A DNA stretch of 64,000 bases from Spirochaetia bacterium (GTDB lineage: Bacteria; Spirochaetota; Spirochaetia; SZUA-6; Bin103). Below the pieces are notes generated by a model, which was not told the DNA's origin, did no database searches, and worked only from the letters and a program-made list of their open reading frames with translations. Both the position numbers and the translations under genes were made by a program. This document shows positions 41,894-51,171 of the stretch, piece by piece. The stretch is taken from positions 2,250,605-2,314,604 of the forward strand of contig CBDCDL010000002.1 of assembly GCA_965215345.1 (NCBI GenBank), written 5' to 3'. Within the stretch, counting starts at the first letter, position 1. Every line of letters starts with the position of its first letter.

Positions 41894-42562
41894 ATGGCGG
41901 GCAGACGGGCGACGGTACCGATCCTTGCGGCGTTGCTCGCGTTGCCGGCCCTGGCGGGCGCGGAGTGCACGTCCGAGGTCGCCGGGGCTTCCGTGGCGGT
42001 CGAGTCCTGCCCGATCGAGCACACCGGCTACCGCCTGGTGGTCAGCCGCACCGTGGCCGCCGGCACGGTGGGCGGGGCCGTCCTCCTGCTCCAGGAAGAG
42101 GCCGAGCGCGACACCGGGGCCGGTCCCGCGCACCGCTCGGTCCTGCACGAAGTGACCGGCGCCGGCCTGAGTCACCGCGTGGTGGTCAGCCGCCGGTCAT
42201 GGTGGCGGCTCGACGGCGGCGGGGTGGTGCTGGACATCGTCGGCGCCGATGACCTGGAGACGGACCTGCCGGGGACCCGCGTGCTCTGCCTGCGCTCGCG
42301 GTGGACGGTCACCCCGGCGGAGGCAGCGGGCATGGTGACGATCCTGCAGGAGACGGTGAGCGATCCGCGCCCGCCGTTCGGCCTGACCGGTCTGGTGACC
42401 TCCGAGACGGCGCGGGTCATGCACGGGATGCTGACGGATCTGCGCCGGCAACTCGCGATCCCGGGGCAACCGGCGGATCCCGACCTGACCGCGTGGCCGC
42501 TGCTCACCGAGCCGCGGCCCGACATGTCCGCCCATTTCGCGGCCTGCCACCTGGGTGGTTGA
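41894..42562 (+). CDS. Hypothetical secreted protein
   Basis: Signal peptide MAGRRATVPILAALLALPALAGA. No recognisable domain. Confidence 0.4.
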   Translation: MAGRRATVPILAALLALPALAGAECTSEVAGASVAVESCPIEHTGYRLVVSRTVAAGTVGGAVLLLQEEAERDTGAGPAHRSVLHEVTGAGLSHRVVVSRRSWWRLDGGGVVLDIVGADDLETDLPGTRVLCLRSRWTVTPAEAAGMVTILQETVSDPRPPFGLTGLVTSETARVMHGMLTDLRRQLAIPGQPADPDLTAWPLLTEPRPDMSAHFAACHLGG

Positions 42563-42594
42563 GGAGCCCGCCACCGGGCACTCGCGGGTTCGGT

Positions 42595-43194
42595 TCAGCC
42601 GGCGCCGGGAGCCGGCACGCGGCGCAGGTCGGCGTCCGTGTCGATGTCGAGCTCGCCTCCCGGAAAGTCGACGATTTCGAGCGGGGAACAATCGCGCAGC
42701 ACGCGCCTGGCGCCGCTGTCCCCGGTCAGGGCCGACAGGCGGTCGAACAGCGCCGGGGTGAAGAGCACCGGCGCGCCGACCGTCGCGCCGTACCGGCACG
42801 CGACCGCGGCGGGACAGGCGTTTCGGGATCGCTCGATCAGCCTGGCCAGCAGGCGGGCCGTCAGGTGCGGCTGGTCGCACGGCAGCACGATGCAGCCGGC
42901 CGGGCGTCCGGCCGCGACCGCGCGCACACCGCACGCTATGGATCCGCCGACGCCGTCCGCCCAGAGCCGGTTGTCGGCGTGCAGCACCGGCAGATCGGCG
43001 ACCGCGGCACGCACCGCCTCCGCCTCGGAGCCGAGCACCACCAGCACCGGATCGCAGCCGGCGTCCAGCGCCGTGCGGGCGGCGCGGCGCACCAGCGGCT
43101 CGCCGTCGATTCGTACGAGCTGCTTGGGGCGGCCGAGCCGGGCGGAACCGCCGGCCGCCAGCACGACCGCCGCAATCGAAGCCGCGGCGCTCAC
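42595..43194 (-). CDS. MobA-like NTP transferase (molybdenum cofactor cytidylyl/guanylyltransferase family)
   Basis: VVLAAGGSARLGRPKQL N-terminal nucleotide-binding motif. The start overlaps the stop of the upstream xdhC. Confidence 0.65.
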   Translation of the reverse strand: MSAAASIAAVVLAAGGSARLGRPKQLVRIDGEPLVRRAARTALDAGCDPVLVVLGSEAEAVRAAVADLPVLHADNRLWADGVGGSIACGVRAVAAGRPAGCIVLPCDQPHLTARLLARLIERSRNACPAAVACRYGATVGAPVLFTPALFDRLSALTGDSGARRVLRDCSPLEIVDFPGGELDIDTDADLRRVPAPGAG

Positions 43195-44303
43195 GGCGAC
43201 CGGTCGTGGATCGGGGCGGCGCGGTCGCGCAGGTGTCCGGGGATACGTGAGGACAGGACGGAAAGGACCTCGCCGATCACGGAAAGCGCGATCTCTTCCG
43301 GGGTCTGCGCCCCCAGGTCCAGGCCGGCCGGACAGTAGAGCCGGCCGCGGTCGGCGGCATCCCAGCCCGTCTCGCCGATGAGCCGTTCAGCGCGGGAGCG
43401 AGGGCCGACCACTCCGACGTACGCGGCCGGGGTTGCCAGCAGCGCACGGAGGATTGCCGCGTCCCGCAGGTAGTCGTGGGTGACCGACACGCACGCGGTC
43501 CGCGGTCCCGGGACGATGCGGCGCACCGCCTCGCCCGCGTCGGCGACGTGCAGCACCCCGGCGGCGGCCGGGTGGCGCCGCGGGTCGGCGTAGGCCGGTC
43601 GATGGTCCACCATCGTCACGTGCAGCCCGACCCGGGCCGCGATCTCGGCCAGCGGCGCTGCGTCGTCGCCGGCGCCGAACACCGCCAGGCGGCGCACCGG
43701 GATCAGCCCTTCGAGCATCACCTCCACGGCGTGACCGGCGAGCGCGTAGCGGTTCACGACGACCTGCTCGCAGTCGAGCAGCGGCCGCGCATCCCGTTCG
43801 ACGGCCGACTCCAGGTCAGGGTCACCCAGAGAACCGCGTACCTTCCCGTCCCCGGTCACGAGCAGGCGCGCGCCGAGGGGCGCAGGGCAGCGGTCCGCGG
43901 CCGGACCCACCACCGTGGCCAGCACCGACGACCGGCCGCGCACGGAAGGCTCCAGGCACGCCCGCAGCGGCGGTTCGTGTCCGTCGTCGACCGGCGCCAG
44001 CAGGATGTCGACGACCCCCTGGCAGCCGCTGCCCGAGCCCATCAGGACATCCGTGGGTCCGGTGGTGTCGAAGCGGTGCAGGGACGTGCGGCCGCTCTGC
44101 ATGGCCCGCTGCGCCCGCTCGTCCAGGTCGAAGCAGCCGCCGGAGAGCATCCCCACGCGCTCTCCAGCGGCGCCGAACAGCATGCGCGCGCCGGCGCGGC
44201 GGTAGCTGGAGCCGGCGACCTGCACGACCGTGGCCACCGCGCCGGGCCGGCCGCGCCGCTCCAGCATTCGCAGGTGGTCGAGCAGACGCTCCCGTTCGGT
44301 CAC
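43191..44303 (-). CDS. xdhC: XdhC/CoxI-family molybdoenzyme maturation factor
   Basis: Two-domain XdhC architecture (...ATVVQVAGSSYRRAGARML... ; ...RLAVFGAGDDAAPLAEIA...). Confidence 0.65.
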   Translation of the reverse strand: MTERERLLDHLRMLERRGRPGAVATVVQVAGSSYRRAGARMLFGAAGERVGMLSGGCFDLDERAQRAMQSGRTSLHRFDTTGPTDVLMGSGSGCQGVVDILLAPVDDGHEPPLRACLEPSVRGRSSVLATVVGPAADRCPAPLGARLLVTGDGKVRGSLGDPDLESAVERDARPLLDCEQVVVNRYALAGHAVEVMLEGLIPVRRLAVFGAGDDAAPLAEIAARVGLHVTMVDHRPAYADPRRHPAAAGVLHVADAGEAVRRIVPGPRTACVSVTHDYLRDAAILRALLATPAAYVGVVGPRSRAERLIGETGWDAADRGRLYCPAGLDLGAQTPEEIALSVIGEVLSVLSSRIPGHLRDRAAPIHDRSP

Positions 44304-44310
44304 TCCGATC

Positions 44311-44859
44311 TCACCCTGCCTGCGCGCCGGGGGCGTACAGCAGCGCGTAGATCAGCACGCCGGTGACCGACACGTACAGCCAGATCGGGAGCGTCACGCG
44401 CGCCAGGGGGCGATGGCCGGGGTGGCGGGTCCAGCCGCGCCGCAGCGTCACGAGCGCGAGCGGTACGATCGTGACGGCGAGGATGATGTGGGTCACCAGG
44501 ACGGGGTAGTACAGCCACGGCGCCGATCCCTCGTAGGGCTTCGCGCCGCCGCTCGCTCCGTGATAGATCAGGTACCCGGTGAGGAACAGCGTCGAGGCCG
44601 CGAAGGCCGCCAGCACGAGCGCCCGATGGGCGCCGACCGCGCCGCGCCGGATGGCGATGAAGGCTGCCACCAGCAGGACGGCGGCGATCGCGTTCCAGAC
44701 CGTGTTCACGGCCGGCAGCGCCGACACGTCGAGCCGCGACGCCGTGCGCTCGCCGGTGACGACGAAGGTGACCGCCGCCACGGCGACCACGCTGAAGATG
44801 GCGATGATCGTCAGCCAGAAGCGGTCTGCGGCGGCGCGTTCGGCCGCGGTACGGGGCAT
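44311..44859 (-). CDS. DUF420-like integral membrane protein
   Basis: 182 aa with 4-5 predicted TM helices. Confidence 0.4.
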   Translation of the reverse strand: MPRTAAERAAADRFWLTIIAIFSVVAVAAVTFVVTGERTASRLDVSALPAVNTVWNAIAAVLLVAAFIAIRRGAVGAHRALVLAAFAASTLFLTGYLIYHGASGGAKPYEGSAPWLYYPVLVTHIILAVTIVPLALVTLRRGWTRHPGHRPLARVTLPIWLYVSVTGVLIYALLYAPGAQAG

Positions 44860-44865
44860 GGATAG

Positions 44866-45762
44866 ATGAGTATACCGGCAGCAGGCGAGGGGAAAGGCGT
44901 GCGGCGCGCGCTGGTGATCACCGATCGAGCGCTGGCGGCCGCGGGCGGCGAACCGGCGGTGCGCAGGCGTTGTGGAGAGCGTGCGCTGGACACGGAGTTC
45001 GCGTTGCGCCGCGAGCACGAACGCGGCGGCCTGGACCCGCAGGCATCGTGGCTGATCGACGGCCACGCGCGCGGTTTCGTGGTGGCGCTCGGCGCCGATC
45101 GGGCGGCGGATGCCGGCTTCCACGTATCCGTCTGCGGGTCGATCGGCGCCGCGCTGAACCATGTGCGGGCGGTGTGGGACGAGCGGCCCACCTTCTCGTC
45201 CCGGCGCGCCGCGGCGGCCACCGTGGAGCGGCTCCGCTCCCGCGGGCGGCTGGTGTTCACCAACGGCGTGTTCGACCTGCTGCACGCCGGCCACGTGCGG
45301 TCGCTGGAGCACGCGCGCGGTCTGGGCGCGTCGCTCGTGGTAGGCCTCAACAGCGACGCCTCGGCGCAAGGGCTGCGGCCGGCCGGCCGGCCCGTGATCG
45401 GCCAGTTCGCGCGAGCCGAGCTGCTGGCGGCGCTGCGCTGCGTGGACGCGGTCATCATCTTCGGCGAGGCCGATCCGCTGCGCCTGATCGAGGCAGTGCG
45501 CCCCGACGTGCTGGTCAAGGGCGGCACCTACACGGCCGATCGAGTGGCCGGCGGAGCCGAGGTGCGCGCGGCCGGCGGAGTCGTGGCGCTGTCGCCGGTG
45601 CTTGCCGGAACCTCCACCAGCGCCATCGTCGAGCGCATCAACCGAGCAGGCGCCGGCACGCGCCGAGCACCGGATCGACGGCGATGTCGTCCATCGATGC
45701 CCCGGCCGGCGGCGCCGGCAAGGCCGCGCAGCGATCACCCGGGACGACCGACGACGGCGTGA
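44866..45762 (+). CDS. D-glycero-beta-D-manno-heptose 1-phosphate adenylyltransferase (RfaE domain II-like cytidylyltransferase)
   Basis: LVFTNGVFDLLHAGHVRSLEHARGLGASLVVGLNSDAS (HxGH nucleotidyltransferase motif) ... TSAIVERI. The N-terminal ~100 aa are non-canonical, so the start is uncertain. The 3' tail overlaps the convergent GT9 gene. Confidence 0.6.
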   Translation: MSIPAAGEGKGVRRALVITDRALAAAGGEPAVRRRCGERALDTEFALRREHERGGLDPQASWLIDGHARGFVVALGADRAADAGFHVSVCGSIGAALNHVRAVWDERPTFSSRRAAAATVERLRSRGRLVFTNGVFDLLHAGHVRSLEHARGLGASLVVGLNSDASAQGLRPAGRPVIGQFARAELLAALRCVDAVIIFGEADPLRLIEAVRPDVLVKGGTYTADRVAGGAEVRAAGGVVALSPVLAGTSTSAIVERINRAGAGTRRAPDRRRCRPSMPRPAAPARPRSDHPGRPTTA

Positions 45763-46570
45763 TCACCAGCACCGGACCGCCGGACGGGGCCGGCGCCCAC
45801 ACCGCGGGGTCGCTGACCGCGAACAGCGCCACGACCGGCACCGACAGCGCGGCGGCCAGGTGGGACAGCCCGGAATCGTTGCCCAGCAGCAGCGCGCAGG
45901 AGGAGATCGCCTGCGCCGTGCGAATGAGCGGCCGGCCGCGCACGATCAGGTCGCCGGCGGCGGCCTGCGGGCGCAGTTCCTCCTCGGCCGGGCCGAGCAG
46001 CCACATCACCTTCGCGTCCGGACGGAGCGCATCCGCGACGGCGGCGAAGCGGTCGAGCGGCCAGTTCTTGCGAGCGCTGCCGGAGCCGGGCGCGATGCCG
46101 ATGCGGCGGAGCCTCGGCTCGGCAGGAAGCTGAAGCGCCGGCGCGCGATCGTCCGCGGGCGCGGCGCCGACCGACCGCAGATGGTGCCGGACAATGGGCT
46201 CACGGCGCGCCGGCACCGGACGCACTACGCTGACCGGGCCGGGCACCGCCGCGGCCAGCGCCTGCTCGATGGGCCCGCCCGGCGCCGTGAAAGCCAGAGC
46301 CGCCGCGACCGGCGAGGGCAGGGATGGCCGCGCGCCCCGATACGCGCCGGCGAACCACGCTGCGCCGGCGTCCCAGCGATCGCCCACGATGCCTGCCGCC
46401 TGCAGCAGCTCGCCGGGATGGCCACGGCCGAGGAGCACCAGCCGTTCGACGCCGCGGTCACGGGTCCAGTGCCCGATCGCCGGCACGGCGACGACCAGAT
46501 CGCCCAGCGCGCCGGTGTGGTAGACGACTGCCGTTCGCACGCCGCGGAAACAGTAGACTACGCATGCCAT
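45638..46570 (-). CDS. Glycosyltransferase family 9 (LPS heptosyltransferase-like)
   Basis: Start at MACVVYCFRGVRTAVVYHTGALGDLVVAVPAI (typical GT9 N-terminus); C-terminal ...SMDDIAVDPVLGACRRLL. Confidence 0.65.
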   Translation of the reverse strand: MACVVYCFRGVRTAVVYHTGALGDLVVAVPAIGHWTRDRGVERLVLLGRGHPGELLQAAGIVGDRWDAGAAWFAGAYRGARPSLPSPVAAALAFTAPGGPIEQALAAAVPGPVSVVRPVPARREPIVRHHLRSVGAAPADDRAPALQLPAEPRLRRIGIAPGSGSARKNWPLDRFAAVADALRPDAKVMWLLGPAEEELRPQAAAGDLIVRGRPLIRTAQAISSCALLLGNDSGLSHLAAALSVPVVALFAVSDPAVWAPAPSGGPVLVITPSSVVPGDRCAALPAPPAGASMDDIAVDPVLGACRRLLG

Positions 46571-47552
46571 GGGCAGCGGCAACGCCGGGACGGCGGGCGA
46601 AGGAACTTCCCGGCCGCGCGGCGTCGCGTGGGCGTGCCTCACCCTGGTCCGTGGTGTGGCGATGGGAGTCGTCGAGCTCGTACCCGGTGTCAGCGGCGGC
46701 ACCATGGCGCTGGTGCTGGGCATCTACGGGGAGTGGATCAACGCGGTCGCCGACACGTTTGCGTGGATCGGACGAGGCGTTCGCCGGTTGCTGTCGGGCG
46801 GCCGCCGTGCGGCCGGCAGCGGTGGTACCCCGCCGGTCTCGTTTCTGGCACTCCTGGTGGCCGGCATGGCGGTTGCGCTGCTCGCCGGCAGCCACGTGGT
46901 GACGGCGCTGCTGGACACGGCGCCCGGTCCGACCTACGCGTTCTTCTGCGGCCTGGTGCTGGCATCGGTGGCCACGCCGTGGCGGCTGATGGAGCGACGC
47001 GGCCCCGCCGAGGTGGCCGTGATCCTGTGCGCGGCGGCCGCGAGCTTCCTGGCCACCGGCTTGGGCACGGCGGAGGCCGGCACGCCCACGCTCCCGTTCC
47101 TGCTGCTCTCCGGAACGCTGGCGGTTGCCGTGCTGGTGCTGCCGGGAGTGAGCGGCTCGTTCGTGCTGCTCGCGCTCGGATCCTACGGGTACGTGATCGA
47201 ACGCGTGCGCGGTCTCACCGCCGGCCAGGTCGGGGACTCCGTCCTGCCGCTGGCGGTGTTCGGGATCGGCGTCGTGCTGGGCTTGGCGACCGTGACGCGG
47301 CTCATTTCCCGGCTGCTCGCACGCCACCGGTCGCTCACCCTGGCGGCCCTCACCGGGCTGATGCTGGGGTCGGTGCGGGCGCTCCGGCCGTTCTACCGGG
47401 ATGGACAGGCCGTGCCGCTGCGCGAGGTCGGGATGGGTGTCGAGCTGCTGCCTTTGGCGATCGCCGCCGCGGCCGGCGCCGCAACGGTGGTGCTGTTGTC
47501 GTGGGCCGCGCACCCGGGCAGGCTGCCGCGATTCTCGCCGCCGATCGAATGA
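46569..47552 (+). CDS. DUF368-family membrane protein
   Basis: MGVVELVPGVSGGTMALVLG matches the DUF368 VPGVSRSG motif. Multiple TM helices. The true start is probably internal, among CTG 46641, GTG 46653 and ATG 46659. Confidence 0.5.
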   Translation: MGSGNAGTAGEGTSRPRGVAWACLTLVRGVAMGVVELVPGVSGGTMALVLGIYGEWINAVADTFAWIGRGVRRLLSGGRRAAGSGGTPPVSFLALLVAGMAVALLAGSHVVTALLDTAPGPTYAFFCGLVLASVATPWRLMERRGPAEVAVILCAAAASFLATGLGTAEAGTPTLPFLLLSGTLAVAVLVLPGVSGSFVLLALGSYGYVIERVRGLTAGQVGDSVLPLAVFGIGVVLGLATVTRLISRLLARHRSLTLAALTGLMLGSVRALRPFYRDGQAVPLREVGMGVELLPLAIAAAAGAATVVLLSWAAHPGRLPRFSPPIE

Positions 47553-47607
47553 AGCGCCGTCGCCGCGGGCATCGCTCATTGGCCATGAGCTATAGTGGGA
47601 GGCACTG

Positions 47608-47922
47608 GTGGGAGAGCCGGTGATGCTGAGGGACGAGGATGTGGGCCGCGTCGGGGACTATGTCAAGCCGTGGCTCCGGGAACTGGTGGACCGGATGGTT
47701 CCGCGGCCGGAGACCGCCGGCGTGGACGTCGCGCTGCTGGAACGCATGGTGCGGGTCGAGGAAGAGCTCAGGGCGCAGCGGGAGCTGATGGACGAGCGCT
47801 TCGGGTTCATGGAGCAGCGGTTCGAGACCGTGGACAAGCGCTTCAACACGCTCACGTGGATGATCGGCGTGGGATTCGTGGTCATCACGTCGCTGACGAC
47901 GGTGTTCGCCCTGCTCGCGTAG
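47608..47922 (+). CDS. Small coiled-coil protein with C-terminal TM anchor (XhlA-like architecture)
   Basis: 104 aa. The helical segment LLERMVRVEEELRAQRELMDERFGFMEQRFETVDKRF is followed by the hydrophobic tail TLTWMIGVGFVVITSLTTVFALLA. Confidence 0.4.
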   Translation: MGEPVMLRDEDVGRVGDYVKPWLRELVDRMVPRPETAGVDVALLERMVRVEEELRAQRELMDERFGFMEQRFETVDKRFNTLTWMIGVGFVVITSLTTVFALLA

Positions 47923-47953
47923 GGCGGCCTGCCGCTGCGCTCGGCCGGGGTCG

Positions 47954-48976
47954 TCACCATGACGGCGCCAGGCTGACGCGCGTTCCGGTACGCGCCGATT
48001 CGTGTGCGGCCTCGATCACGCGCAGGGTGCCGACGGCGAAGTCGGCGCTCAGCGGCTCGTCGTCCGGCGCCGCCAGGCGGTCCTGGAAGTGGGCGATGGC
48101 GGGCGCGAACGCCGGGCCGCCGTTGTCCAGCGTGATCACCTCGCGGCGGTCGCCGCAGGTGAGATGGATCGTGCTCTCCTCCGGCGGGTGGTAGGGCTCC
48201 GGCACATGGATGGTCCCGGCGCTGCCGGTGATGGTCACGCCGCGGTGGCGGTGATCGTCGAACCCTCCCATCGCGACCGCCTGCACGCCGTCCGGGAGCT
48301 CCAGAAGCAGGCTGGCGGCGCCGTCGACGCCGAACCCGGCGTCGTAGCGGACCGCCGCCTGCACGGTGAGCGGCTCGGCGTCCAGCAGGTGGCGGATGTA
48401 GGCGATCGGGTAGCACACCACGTCCAGCATCCCGCCGCCGCCCAGCGCGGGGTCCATGCGGATGTCGGTTGCGCGCTCGACCCGGTCGAAGAAGAAGCTC
48501 ATGTGGCCGGTGACCTGGCTGACCGTGCCGATGCGGCCGCCCGCGATCAGGTCGCCGACCACCCGCGTCTGCGGGTGGTAGCGGAAGACGAAGGCCTCCA
48601 CCAGCGGGACGCCCAGCTCCCGGCAGCGCGCGGCCAGGCGCGCGGCGCTGTCGCTGGCGTCGGTGAGCGGCTTCTCGCAGAACACGGGAATGCCGCGCTC
48701 GGCCGCCGCCAGGGTCCAGCGCTCGTGCTCGGAGTTGGGAAGCGGCACGTACAGCGCATCGACGGCGCCGGAGTCCAGCAACTCCCGGTACGACCCGAAT
48801 GCGCGCGCGGCGCCCTGCTCAGCGCCGCGGACGGCGGCGGCAAACGCCTGCGCGCGCCCCGCGTCGCGGCTGGCAACGGCGGACAGCTCCGCGCCGCGCA
48901 CCGTGCGCAGCGCCGGGATGAAGACGTTGGCGGCGATCTGCGCGGTTCCCAGGATCCCCCAGCGCACCGTGTTCAT
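47954..48976 (-). CDS. Gfo/Idh/MocA-family oxidoreductase
   Basis: MNTVRWGILGTAQIA (N-terminal Rossmann motif) ... EKPL ... typical family motifs. Confidence 0.8.
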   Translation of the reverse strand: MNTVRWGILGTAQIAANVFIPALRTVRGAELSAVASRDAGRAQAFAAAVRGAEQGAARAFGSYRELLDSGAVDALYVPLPNSEHERWTLAAAERGIPVFCEKPLTDASDSAARLAARCRELGVPLVEAFVFRYHPQTRVVGDLIAGGRIGTVSQVTGHMSFFFDRVERATDIRMDPALGGGGMLDVVCYPIAYIRHLLDAEPLTVQAAVRYDAGFGVDGAASLLLELPDGVQAVAMGGFDDHRHRGVTITGSAGTIHVPEPYHPPEESTIHLTCGDRREVITLDNGGPAFAPAIAHFQDRLAAPDDEPLSADFAVGTLRVIEAAHESARTGTRVSLAPSW

Positions 48977-51171
48977 GACGCCCCCAGGGTACGGCGCCCG
49001 GCGCGTCGGCCGGGCCACAGGGACCGCAGCCGGCTGCGCCGCCAGCTCCGCCTGACCGTGGCGGCGGCGCGCGCGGCGCCGCCGACCTCGGCCGCGGTAG
49101 GCCGGTAGCCGGCGTAGGCGACGCGCACGAACAGACCGACGAACTCGTGCAGCGCGCTCGCCGCCTCCGGCAGGCGGGCGCCGAAGGACCGTTCCCACAT
49201 CAGCCAGCCGGTCGTCTCCGGAAGCGGGATGCCGGCGCGGGCGCCGAGCCTGACGTAGCGTTGCGCGACGCGGCCGATCGGACTGGCGCGCAGCGAGGCG
49301 CGGGTGGACGCGACAAGGCGGACCGCCACCCAGACGACGACGGCAAGGATGAGCACCGCGGCGGCCGCCACCATCGGCCGCGTGTTCAGCGCGCGGCGCT
49401 CGGCCCGGATCTCCTGGCCGAGCATGGAGGAGAGCTGCCGTGCGGTGGCCGCGTCGAGCTGCACCTCCTCGTCGACCGTCGGCACCTCATCGGCCTCCGC
49501 CTGGCCCAGGCTGGGGAGGAAGCCGGGATTGACCGCCGGGGTCGCCTCCCAAGTGGTCCAGCCATGCTCTCCCAGCCACACCTCCGCCCAGGTGTGCGCC
49601 GCCAGGCCGGTGACCACCGCTTCCGTGGTGACCAGCTCGGCGGCGTCGAGGTCCGGGTCCTCCAGCTCGTCGAGGCCGGTGATGATGGCGTCGAGCGACG
49701 TCACCGGGAAGTGGACGAGGTAGCCTGACACGTACCGGGCGTGGATGCCGTGAAGGCGGGCGAAGATGGTGAAGGCGGTGGCGAAGTGGACGCAATAGCC
49801 CTCCCGTTCGCCCATCAGAAAGTGGCCGATGAAGTCCTCGCCGCGGGACGGTGTCGGGGGTGTCAGCGAGTAGACGGCGCTCGACTTGAGGAAGCGCTCG
49901 ATGCTGCGCAGCCGCTCGGTGGTGCTCTCGGTTCCCTCGGTCACCTCGTACGCCAGTGCCCGGACCTCCGCGGGCAGGCTGGCCGGTACCTGCAGGTAGC
50001 GGTTGTCGGTCGGCGGAGCGAGAAAGCGGGTGAGCGGATCGCGCCGGAGCGTGATCGACAGGCCGCGCAGGATCGGCTCCGCCGGGAAGAAGCCGCGGGC
50101 GTAGTCCGCGACGGCGAGCTGCGGCGCGTACGGGCTGACGCCGAAGTCGACCGTGTCGACGGTGTGCGGCAAACGGTCGTACGCGTCGGCGAGCAGCTCG
50201 ACCTGCACGTCCGAGTCACTGCCTTCGCGAGGCGGCGGAACGTTGATGAAGCGCGCCGTGTCGCCGTGGTTCGCCGGCTCCTCCCGCGTGAACGCCCAGG
50301 TGGTGCCGTCATAGTGATCGAATACCTCGGTGCGCAGGTAGATCGTGCGCCCCTGCGGCGAGTACACGCGCAGTAGCGGGAGTGGCGAAAGCACCGGCGT
50401 GCCGCCCAGGCGGCGCTCCTCGTGCTGGGTGCCGAATCCGGGGATGGAGTACAGCAGCGGGAACTGCGGAAAGGTAGCCGAGATCGCCCCGCGCATACGC
50501 GGGTGCAGCACCAGGTCGACGAAGTAGTTGCCGCCGGCCGCGCGCGGGAACAGCAAGCCCGCCCCGGTGGCCAGCAGCACGATGGTGGCGGCGAACAGCA
50601 CGGAGCCGCCGGTGCGCTCGACGCCGCGGCTGCCCAGCACGACCAGCGCCAGCACGACCGCCGCCAGGGTGAGCAGGTTGAGCAGCGTCGACTGGACGAT
50701 CAGCGCTGCCAGACCCACGCCCAGCACCGCCAGGACGGCCGCCGCCAGGCCGAAGCCGCTCGACAGCACCACCCCGGACGCCGACGAGAACGCCCAGCCG
50801 GCGACCAGCGCGAACAGGTTGGAAACCGCTCCCTGCTGTTCGCCGGCGTGCACCTCCGCGAACCAGAGCCGGTAGGAGGAGAACGGCGTGATGAGGATGC
50901 CGATCAGGATCGATACGCCGAACAGCGCCGAGGCGGCTGCCGCCGCCCAGCGCGCTGCCTGCGCGGCGGGCGCCGGCACGAAGGCCGCGGCGATCTGCAG
51001 TGCCACCACCGCGCCGGTGAGGCCGAGGAGCAACACGACGGACAGATTGGCGCGCAACAGCCACCAGACGGCCAGCGGCAGCGCCAACGCCGAGGCGGCG
51101 GCCGCCGCGGCCCGCACGTGGTCAGGCCGAACGGCCGAGAGCCACAGGCGCAGCCGCGCGGAGATCTCCAC
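48973..51171 (-). CDS. Transglutaminase-like domain membrane protein (TgpA-like)
   Basis: N-terminal TM helices; transglutaminase core GYCVHFATAFTIFARLHGIHARYVSGY (Cys nucleophile). GTG start with a GAGGAGGA RBS. Confidence 0.65.
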   Translation of the reverse strand: MEISARLRLWLSAVRPDHVRAAAAAASALALPLAVWWLLRANLSVVLLLGLTGAVVALQIAAAFVPAPAAQAARWAAAAASALFGVSILIGILITPFSSYRLWFAEVHAGEQQGAVSNLFALVAGWAFSSASGVVLSSGFGLAAAVLAVLGVGLAALIVQSTLLNLLTLAAVVLALVVLGSRGVERTGGSVLFAATIVLLATGAGLLFPRAAGGNYFVDLVLHPRMRGAISATFPQFPLLYSIPGFGTQHEERRLGGTPVLSPLPLLRVYSPQGRTIYLRTEVFDHYDGTTWAFTREEPANHGDTARFINVPPPREGSDSDVQVELLADAYDRLPHTVDTVDFGVSPYAPQLAVADYARGFFPAEPILRGLSITLRRDPLTRFLAPPTDNRYLQVPASLPAEVRALAYEVTEGTESTTERLRSIERFLKSSAVYSLTPPTPSRGEDFIGHFLMGEREGYCVHFATAFTIFARLHGIHARYVSGYLVHFPVTSLDAIITGLDELEDPDLDAAELVTTEAVVTGLAAHTWAEVWLGEHGWTTWEATPAVNPGFLPSLGQAEADEVPTVDEEVQLDAATARQLSSMLGQEIRAERRALNTRPMVAAAAVLILAVVVWVAVRLVASTRASLRASPIGRVAQRYVRLGARAGIPLPETTGWLMWERSFGARLPEAASALHEFVGLFVRVAYAGYRPTAAEVGGAARAAATVRRSWRRSRLRSLWPGRRAGRRTLGAS

